Shown: piece after piece, positions 52,220 to 60,563 of the stretch
Layout: the number at the start of each line of letters is the position of its first letter
Position numbering within the stretch: position 1 is the stretch's first letter
Assembly: GCA_028712095.1 (NCBI GenBank)
Contig: JAQTQU010000001.1
Location: 1 to 60,563 of the forward strand
DNA: 60,563 nucleotides
Source of the DNA: Candidatus Peribacteraceae bacterium
Lineage (GTDB): Bacteria > Patescibacteriota > Gracilibacteria > Peribacterales > Peribacteraceae
Direction of reading: 5' to 3'
Notes under the pieces: generated by a model
Seen by the model: only the letters and a program-made list of their open reading frames with translations
Databases searched by the model: none
What the model was told of the DNA's origin: nothing
Made by a program: the position numbers and the translations under genes

Positions 52220-52515
52220 CTCTTCAGGATATCATCGAACAGCCCTTTGGAAGAGGTATAACGCTTGGTTTTGCCTTTCCTGTGGAGATGGCGCAAGGAG
52301 TCGGCCTCTCTCCCCAGAGTGTCCAAGTATCCTTTGGGATACTGCGTTACGCCGACCTGCACCGTTCCCTGGACGAAGGCGCACAGGAGGAGGTGGACAA
52401 CTCCGCTGAAGTTCAGTCCCGCCTTGCGTGCCTCACGCAGCACTTTCTTGCGGAGATGATCGTCGAGCCGTATGGTGGTGGGGATCTTGGACACGGCGGG
52501 TCTATTGTATATCAA
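52216..52515 (-). CDS. RHH antitoxin (DinJ/RelB-like)
   Basis: 99 aa. The N-terminal beta-strand/helix pattern TIRLDDHLRKKVLREARKAGLNFSGVVHLLL is typical of ribbon-helix-helix antitoxins. Confidence 0.7.
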   Translation of the reverse strand: MIYNRPAVSKIPTTIRLDDHLRKKVLREARKAGLNFSGVVHLLLCAFVQGTVQVGVTQYPKGYLDTLGREADSLRHLHRKGKTKRYTSSKGLFDDILKR

Positions 52516-52596
52516 ACGTAGTACGATTGCAATACAGTTATTTCATTGCCGGGAGGCCTCCGGCCCCGAAGACGGTGGATCATCCGGAGTCGCGTT

Positions 52597-52821
52597 TCAT
52601 GCTGTGTTCTCCGGCCTGAAGAAGGAGTGCAGTTTCTCCGTCATGGCACGCAGCTGTTCCTCCATTTCCCCGAATGTTCCTTCGGGAATTCCCGCGGGGA
52701 GCCCGCCGCGGTGGGCGATCACCGAAACGCTGTCGGCGAGCTGAGAAAGAGTATGGGCTTCATAGGCCACTCTTCCGACAGCGATCTCGGGAGCCTCTTG
52801 ATCTCTGTCCTTTTCCATCAA
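52597..52821 (-). CDS. small acidic hypothetical protein (74 aa)
   Basis: ORF only. Plausible composition, no family. Confidence 0.3.
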   Translation of the reverse strand: MMEKDRDQEAPEIAVGRVAYEAHTLSQLADSVSVIAHRGGLPAGIPEGTFGEMEEQLRAMTEKLHSFFRPENTA

Positions 52822-52845
52822 TATAATAATTACACAGTATGTCTA

Positions 52846-54030
52846 TCAAGTCAATTTCGCCCTGCCATCCCTGCCATCCTTCAAAAACAGCAGCAAAAAT
52901 CCCGCAAACGCCGTAAGGATGAGCGAGAGCAGGTACGGCGCGCCGAGGCCGTAGCGGTCCCAGAGGAGCCCGGCGACGAGCGAGGCCGGCAGACTGACGA
53001 GGCCGATGATCATCTGGTACCCGCCGAGCGTAGAGGCGACAAGATGCCTGGGAGCGAGTTCCGCGGCGAGCGCTTTCTGCACGGGCTCCAGTGAGGCGAC
53101 ATGTACGCCGTAGAGGGCGAAGGCCGCGATCACGATGATGTGCGACCGGAAGAAGAGGAAGAGCAGCGCCACGCCGATCCAGCAGCCGAACGAGAAGAGC
53201 AGCACGATCTTGCGCCCGATGCGGTCCGCCAGCTTGCCGAAGGAGAGCGAGAGCGCGGCGGCAATGGCGGTGTAGAGCAGGTAAAGCACGGGCATGGTGC
53301 CGATCGAAAATCCCACGGATTTCGCCGAGAGCAGCAGAAAGGAGTACGTGAAGGAGCCCAGCGAGAAGAACGCGCTCAGCACGAAGTAGAGGCGCAGATC
53401 GGATGAAAGATCCCTGAGGCGGATTCCCTTAAACACCTTCGTGCCGTTCAGTGTGCGTTCGTGGTAGACGAAGAGCACGAGCAGCACGGCGAGCATGGAG
53501 GGGATGGCCGCGATCATAATCAGCGTGCGCAGGGGGATGAGCGGCACGAGCACGATCGCGGCGATGATGCCGACCATGGCTCCGGCGTTATCCATCATGC
53601 GCAGAATGCCGAAGTGCCGTCCGCGGTTTCGGTCCGTCGAGAGGTCCGAGACGATGGCATCCCGCGGAGCGCCGCGCATTTTGCCCGATCGGTCCAGGAT
53701 CCGGAACGGCAGCACCCAGTGCCACGTGGGGGCCAGTGCGTAGCCGACCTTGGCGACAGAGCCGAAGAAGTACCCCATCCATACGAATGCTTTGCGCTTG
53801 CGCGTGCGGTCCGAGATATACCCTGCCACGGCCTGGGCGATCGAGACGAAGGCATTTCCCAATCCGTCGATGAGTCCCACGACGGCCATGTTCGCTCCCA
53901 GCACGGTCGTGAGGAACATCGGCCAGATCGCGAAAATCATGTCTGCGCCCATGTCGTGCAGAAACGAAGCGGAGGCGAAGGTCCAGACGGTCCGCTTCAC
54001 CTCGCGGGGGGCGGGAGGAGTATTGTCCAT
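52846..54030 (-). CDS. MFS transporter
   Basis: 394 aa with about 12 TM segments. MFS loop motif GYISDRTRKRK between TM2 and TM3. Confidence 0.85.
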   Translation of the reverse strand: MDNTPPAPREVKRTVWTFASASFLHDMGADMIFAIWPMFLTTVLGANMAVVGLIDGLGNAFVSIAQAVAGYISDRTRKRKAFVWMGYFFGSVAKVGYALAPTWHWVLPFRILDRSGKMRGAPRDAIVSDLSTDRNRGRHFGILRMMDNAGAMVGIIAAIVLVPLIPLRTLIMIAAIPSMLAVLLVLFVYHERTLNGTKVFKGIRLRDLSSDLRLYFVLSAFFSLGSFTYSFLLLSAKSVGFSIGTMPVLYLLYTAIAAALSLSFGKLADRIGRKIVLLFSFGCWIGVALLFLFFRSHIIVIAAFALYGVHVASLEPVQKALAAELAPRHLVASTLGGYQMIIGLVSLPASLVAGLLWDRYGLGAPYLLSLILTAFAGFLLLFLKDGRDGRAKLT

Positions 54031-54179
54031 ATGGAGAGTTTAGCATCGTTGCGGGTGACACGTTGGCACGTTACAGGATGGCAGTTGCCGGGAGACAAAC
54101 GAATAACCTGTAACGTGCAACAAATCGCACACGCTCTGTCGCAAGGCGTATACTCACTGCACTTTCCCCCTTTGCCATC

Positions 54180-54463
54180 ATGTCCACGGCAAAAGTATTC
54201 ACGTCCGAGCAGGCTCAGCAAGCCGCCGGCAAGATCGGTCTCGATTTTTCCACGGTCGAGTTTGATCTGGAGCAGTTCCGTATGGGCATGGACACAGAGC
54301 TGGAGCACGGTAACGTGGATCCGCAAACCAATGTCACGAACGACGATCCTGTGCTGACCGGCAATATCGCTCTGGCGCACCTGCGGGAGTTCCCCGATTA
54401 CTACACGCGCCTGTATGAAATGGAGGAGGAGGCGGAGGCCTACTGGGATGCGCGGAAGAAGGC

Positions 54464-54467
<4 letters not shown>
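54180..54467 (+). CDS. DUF5661-like small protein
   Basis: 95 aa. GLDFSTVEFDLEQFRMGMDTELEHG...NDDPVLTGNIALAHLREFPDYYTRL matches my recollection of DUF5661. Confidence 0.55.
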
Positions 54468-56628
<2,161 letters not shown>

Positions 56629-56630
56629 GT

Positions 56631-57038
56631 ATGCAGTATTCAGTATGCAGTATGGAGGGAATCTCAACCCAACAGGCTCAGAAAATTCAGTCCTTCACGG
56701 ATCTGGTTGCATGGCGTGAGGCGCACAAGTTATCCATTGCGATCTACAATGAAACAAAAGGATTTCCGAAGGAGGAGCTGTATGGGCTTGTGAGTCAGTT
56801 GAGAAGAGCTGCGCTCTCTGTCCCATCCAACATTGCCGAAGGATTCAGTCGTCATTCTCCGAAAGAGAAAATTCAATTTTATTCCACGGCATTAAGTTCT
56901 CTGAGGGAGGTGCAGAGCCAACTACTCTATGCTCGTGATATTGGATTATTGCCGAAAGACAATTTTCCATCTCTGGCCGAACAGGCCATTTTGATCAGTA
57001 AACTTGTGAATGGTTTGATCAAAAAACTTTCGTCCTGA
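56631..57038 (+). CDS. four-helix-bundle protein (23S rRNA IVS protein / Avd-like family)
   Basis: FTDLVAWREAHKLSIAIYNETKGFPKEELYGLVSQLRRAALSVPSNIAEG. Probable start at the ATG at 56652. It lies exactly between atpD and atpC. Confidence 0.9.
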   Translation: MQYSVCSMEGISTQQAQKIQSFTDLVAWREAHKLSIAIYNETKGFPKEELYGLVSQLRRAALSVPSNIAEGFSRHSPKEKIQFYSTALSSLREVQSQLLYARDIGLLPKDNFPSLAEQAILISKLVNGLIKKLSS

Positions 57039-57065
57039 ATACTACATACTGTCCCCTGCATACTC

Positions 57066-57512
57066 ATGTCGCTCCGTCTTGAGATCACAACACCGGATCG
57101 TCCCATGTTCGAGGGGGAGGTAGACTCCGTGTCCCTGCCCACGCCCGGGGGCGAGATCACGATCCTGCCGCACCACATTCCGCTGATCTCCATCATTGCG
57201 CCGGGGGCCATCACGATCAGGCAGAAGGGGAGCGAGCAGCTGCTCGCGGTGTCACGCGGGGTCATCGAGGTGGACGGCAGGACGATCCGCGTGATGGTCG
57301 ATACGGCGGACCGCGCCGACGAATTGCAGGAGCAGGCGATTCTCAAGGCCAAGGCCGACGCCGAGAAGCTGCAGAAGGAGCGGCGGGACGATCGCGAAGG
57401 ATTCGCGGAGGCCACGGCCATTCTCGAGCGCGAACTCGCGAGGTTACATGTGGTGCGACGTCGGCGAGGCAGCGGCCGCAGTTCGGTTCCCCCGACCGGC
57501 AGTGGCGCATGA
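57066..57512 (+). CDS. atpC: F1 ATP synthase epsilon subunit
   Basis: MSLRLEITTPDRPMFEGEVDSVSLPTPGGEITILPHHIPLIS is a typical epsilon N-terminal beta-sandwich. Arg/Gly-rich C-terminal extension. Confidence 0.85.
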   Translation: MSLRLEITTPDRPMFEGEVDSVSLPTPGGEITILPHHIPLISIIAPGAITIRQKGSEQLLAVSRGVIEVDGRTIRVMVDTADRADELQEQAILKAKADAEKLQKERRDDREGFAEATAILERELARLHVVRRRRGSGRSSVPPTGSGA

Positions 57513-57537
57513 CGCGCCGCGTCCGGGCTCCAAGGGG

Positions 57538-57744
57538 ATGGGCCTCATGCTGAGTCTGCGGCTCGCGTGGAATCTGGGGTTTATCATTGCGGTTCCTGTC
57601 GGTCTCTTCGGTTTCGGTGGCGCCTACCTGGACAAGTATCTGGGAACCTCCCCGATCTTCGTCATCACGGGATTTGTACTTGCCATCGTGCTCTCCGGGG
57701 TGGGGGTGTACCGCAAGGTGAAAGAAATTCTTGGAGCTTCGTAG
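57538..57744 (+). CDS. AtpZ/AtpI-like small membrane protein
   Basis: Two TM helices (LAWNLGFIIAVPVGLFGFGGAYLDKYLGTSPIFVITGFVLAIVLSGVGVY) immediately upstream of atpB. The ORF-track start at 57448 overlaps atpC. Confidence 0.55.
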   Translation: MGLMLSLRLAWNLGFIIAVPVGLFGFGGAYLDKYLGTSPIFVITGFVLAIVLSGVGVYRKVKEILGAS

Positions 57745-57801
57745 CTTCTTAGTTTTTCTGATGATGATTCCCTTAAAACATTCCTAAGAAGCTAAGAAGC
57801 T
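57735..57801 (+). repeat. 18-bp-stem hairpin made of AGCTTCTTAG words (arm-only element)
   Basis: AGCTTCGTAGCTTCTTAG (57735..57752) pairs 17/18 with CTAAGAAGCTAAGAAGCT (57784..57801). Another CCTAAGAAGCT follows at 57806. Confidence 0.8.
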
Positions 57802-57874
57802 ACAACCTAAGAAGCTGTGTCTGATCGAGAATTCATTTGCTCTCCCATCCCTTCATTCTTTATCCTCCCCGTCG

Positions 57875-58714
57875 ATGGCCAGTATCGAACCGCCCACACT
57901 CGCCTCTGAAACGATCGCGCACATCGGGTCCTTCGAGATCCGCAATACGCTCATCATGGCATGGCTCGCCATGGCGGTGGTCTTCGTCGTGATCCTGCTT
58001 GCCCGCAGGACGAAATTCAAAGAGGTCCCCGGGCGCTTTCAGGCGTTTCTGGAGCTGATCGTCGAGGGGCTCTTCGGGTTCTTCGATTCCATTATCGGCG
58101 AGAAGAAGGCCACCCGGCGGTTCTTTCCGCTCCTCGCGACGATCTTTCTCTTTCTCATGCTGGCCAACTGGATGGGGATTCTTCCGGGTGTCGGCAGTAT
58201 CACGATTGCGGAGGAACTCCACGGCGAGATCCTCAATCTGCCGATCTTCCGCTCCATGAATGCGGACGTGAACATGACGCTCGCGATCGCATTGATCTCG
58301 GTCATTGCCACGCAGCTCTTCGGCATCGCGGCGCTGGGCGTGCTGCCCTACGCCAACAAATTCTTCGTGGCTCCGTGGCGCGATCCGATCGGGGCTTTCG
58401 TGGGGATTCTCGAATTGATCGCGGAGATGGCGAAGATCATCTCGTTCTCCTTCCGTCTCTTCGGCAATATCTTCGCGGGCGAAGTGCTGCTCGTCGTGAT
58501 CAGTTACCTCATGCCGTACCTCGCCCCCATTCCATTCTTGGGCCTCGAGCTCTTCGTCGGCTTCATTCAGGCGCTGGTCTTTTCGATGCTGACGGCCGTC
58601 TTCCTCAAGATGGCCGTGACGGCGCACGGCACGTCGCACGAGTGCGACAGTGCCACGGGAGGGCACGAGCATGGGCATGACGAGGAGCATGCGGTGGAAA
58701 TGGTGCACGCGTAG
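57875..58714 (+). CDS. atpB: F0 ATP synthase subunit a
   Basis: 279 aa. Essential-Arg region: SFSFRLFGNIFAGEVLL. His-rich C-terminal tail. Confidence 0.9.
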   Translation: MASIEPPTLASETIAHIGSFEIRNTLIMAWLAMAVVFVVILLARRTKFKEVPGRFQAFLELIVEGLFGFFDSIIGEKKATRRFFPLLATIFLFLMLANWMGILPGVGSITIAEELHGEILNLPIFRSMNADVNMTLAIALISVIATQLFGIAALGVLPYANKFFVAPWRDPIGAFVGILELIAEMAKIISFSFRLFGNIFAGEVLLVVISYLMPYLAPIPFLGLELFVGFIQALVFSMLTAVFLKMAVTAHGTSHECDSATGGHEHGHDEEHAVEMVHA

Positions 58715-58719
58715 TTTCT

Positions 58720-58871
58720 GCCTCACCCCCGGCCCCTCTCCCTACCCTCACCACACGCCAACGGGAGAGGGGAGAGCATTTTCAGCATGAATGATTCGCA
58801 ATAAAAGCAAGGTCCCCCTCTCCGTGCGGGAGTCATTGCAGGAACGGAGAGAGGGGGATAGGGGGTGAGGC
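58720..58871 (+). repeat. nested polypyrimidine/polypurine inverted repeats (arm-only element)
   Basis: Outer arms: GCCTCACCCCCGGCCCCTCTCCC against GGAGAGAGGGGGATAGGGGGTGAGGC. Inner arms: CGGGAGAGGGGA against TCCCCCTCTCCG. An AT-rich centre lies between them. Confidence 0.75.
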
Positions 58872-58952
58872 AAAAGTCACGGTTCACAAAACATCATCAC
58901 TATCTGTCAAATATTGGCAGAGTCGGCTCTTAGACCCTTGATTGTCTCTTGA

Positions 58953-59264
<312 letters not shown>

Positions 59265-59353
59265 TCCACGGTGTTCAGCGTTGAGCGATCAGTGAACAGC
59301 AACTGCAGCTGATCGCCTGCCGTTGACCATCGGTTTGTCTTCTCCCATCTTTC

Positions 59354-59860
59354 ATGGAATTGCTCACAAAACTCGGCATCAACTGGCAGCTGCTGCTTGC
59401 CCAGATCGTGAACTTTCTCATCGTGATGGGGGTGCTCGGGTACTTTCTGTACCGCCCGATCTTAAACCTCCTCGATGCGCGCACGGAGCGTATCCGCAAG
59501 GCGATGGAGGAGGCCAAGCGCATCGAGCATCAGGCGCAGGAGATGGCCAAAGTGCGCGAGGAGGAAATGAAGCGTCTCGACCGCGAGAGCGGCGAGCATT
59601 TCGATCGTATCCGCAAAGAGGCTTTAGAGCTGCAGTCACAGATGCATGCGACCGCCAAGAAAGAAGCCGATGCCATGATCCAGAGCGCCCTCAAGCGCAT
59701 CGACGAGGAACGCCGGATCATGATGGAGGACGTGATGAAGACCGTGAACACCGTCATCGTCCGCATGACCGAAAAGCTCCTTGAGCGCGAATTCACTCCT
59801 GCCGATCAGAAGCGCATTCAGGAGCAGCTGATCGCGGAACTTCCCACAATGGTGCGATGA
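59354..59860 (+). CDS. atpF: F0 ATP synthase subunit b
   Basis: 168 aa. N-terminal TM helix (INWQLLLAQIVNFLIVMGVLGYFLY), then a long charged helix. Confidence 0.85.
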   Translation: MELLTKLGINWQLLLAQIVNFLIVMGVLGYFLYRPILNLLDARTERIRKAMEEAKRIEHQAQEMAKVREEEMKRLDRESGEHFDRIRKEALELQSQMHATAKKEADAMIQSALKRIDEERRIMMEDVMKTVNTVIVRMTEKLLEREFTPADQKRIQEQLIAELPTMVR

Positions 59861-60270
59861 AGATGACCGCCTCCTCCCTTGCCTGCGCATTCGCCGAGAC
59901 CGCCAGGACGCTGCCGGAGGCCGAAATTCCCGCTCTGGCGGATGCCGCCGCGCACATCCTGATTGCGCAGGGTCTCTTCAAAGATGCGCACATCTTTCCG
60001 CGGATGGTGGAGCGCGAGTGGCTGAAGCGTGACGGGGGCGTGCAGGTGAAAATCACGACGGCATCCAAAGATGCGGCTCCTTTCAGAAAAGAAGTCATTC
60101 ATGCAGTGGAACAGGCGCTCAGGCGTACCTGTCATATTGAGGAGTCTGCCGATCCTTCGTTGCTTGGAGGTGTCTTGCTGCAGGTCGGTGACGAACGGTA
60201 CGACGCAACCCTGCGCGGAGCGCTGCGTGATCTTTCCGCCAAGCTCACGGCTCCCATTTCTCTCTCGTAA
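59857..60270 (+). CDS. atpH: F1 ATP synthase delta subunit (short OSCP-like)
   Basis: 137 aa. Its position between atpF and atpA and the C-terminal LLGGVLLQVGDERYDATLRGALRDL are typical of delta. 4-nt overlap with atpF. Confidence 0.75.
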   Translation: MKMTASSLACAFAETARTLPEAEIPALADAAAHILIAQGLFKDAHIFPRMVEREWLKRDGGVQVKITTASKDAAPFRKEVIHAVEQALRRTCHIEESADPSLLGGVLLQVGDERYDATLRGALRDLSAKLTAPISLS

Positions 60271-60296
60271 CCATTAACTTTTAACCTTACCCAAGC

Positions 60297-60353
60297 CTAC
60301 CCCCTACGCCCTACCCCCTACGCCCTACACTCTACCCCCTACCCACTACCCCC
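60297..60353 (+). repeat. C-rich tandem/low-complexity repeat (CTACCCCCTACGCC x2, then variants)
   Basis: Read directly from the DNA. It fills most of the atpH-atpA spacer. The complement is G-run rich. Confidence 0.85.
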
Positions 60354-60360
60354 TCGAAAC

Positions 60361-60563
60361 ATGTCCCTCAGTCAGACGCTCCTCAAGTCCCTCGAAGACC
60401 GCATTGCGTCCTATCACAAGGATGTGAAGCACGAGCATGTCGGTACGGTGCTCTCGGTCGGTGACGGCATCGCCACCGTGTCGGGTCTCTCGAAGGTCGG
60501 TGCCGCAGAAATGGTCGATTTTGGCGGGGGCATCATGGGAGTGGCCTTCAATCTGGAGGAGGG
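60361..60563 (+). CDS. atpA: F1 ATP synthase alpha subunit, 5' part (runs off the right edge)
   Basis: ATG at 60361. MSLSQTLLKSLEDRIASYHKDVKHEHVGTVLSVGDGIATVSGLSKVGAAEMVDF is a typical AtpA N-terminus. Confidence 0.9.
   Translation, partial: MSLSQTLLKSLEDRIASYHKDVKHEHVGTVLSVGDGIATVSGLSKVGAAEMVDFGGGIMGVAFNLEE

Noticed and set aside
56631-57038. A diversity-generating retroelement implied by the Avd-like four-helix-bundle genes
   Set aside because: There is no reverse transcriptase and no template/variable repeat pair in the window. The 4HB genes appear as solitary cassettes.

Overview
A high-GC bacterial chromosomal window, gene-dense with genes on both strands. I cannot assign taxonomy from the sequence alone.

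Housekeeping genes:
- ileS, uvrA, typA, a class A PBP, cspA-like, htrA, aquaporin, mgtE, an MFS transporter.
- A RelA/SpoT homolog.
- Riboflavin genes ribE, ribH and ribBA.
- An F-type ATPase cluster in the unusual order atpD-atpC-atpI-like-atpB-E-F-H-A.

The window holds an unusually dense set of secreted proteins with S-layer-homology (SLH) domains: at least six, including a roughly 1550-aa surface protein with an FG-GAP/VCBS propeller, Ig-like domains and SLH domains. There are two tRNAs, Arg-UCG and Gln-CUG. I recognised no rRNA, CRISPR array, integrase or transposase.

Most notable observations:
1. IleRS carries two complete histidine-phosphatase (PGAM-like) domains inserted in its catalytic body.
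2. The RelA/SpoT homolog is fused to a C-terminal 10-TM DMT/EamA-like membrane domain, and its synthetase motifs look degenerate.
3. Three separate cargo segments are each bracketed by a direct repeat of the 3' end of the adjacent host gene, and none contains a recombinase. The cargos are HicAB, a NYN nuclease, and the giant surface-protein gene at tRNA-Gln.
4. An AT-rich three-gene operon of unknown function sits next to HicAB. It encodes two proteins with winged-helix-like regions (one also with a DUF4145-like domain) and an unknown third protein. It is the best candidate here for an uncharacterised defence or addiction-type system.
5. Two four-helix-bundle (23S rRNA IVS / Avd-like) genes are bracketed by complementary low-complexity arms. 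One sits exactly between atpD and atpC, and arm-only hairpins occur elsewhere in the atp cluster.
6. There are several families of dispersed structured repeats, and decayed tRNA fragments flank both tRNAs.

Every call rests on reading the supplied translations and the DNA by eye. I ran no searches, folds or statistics.
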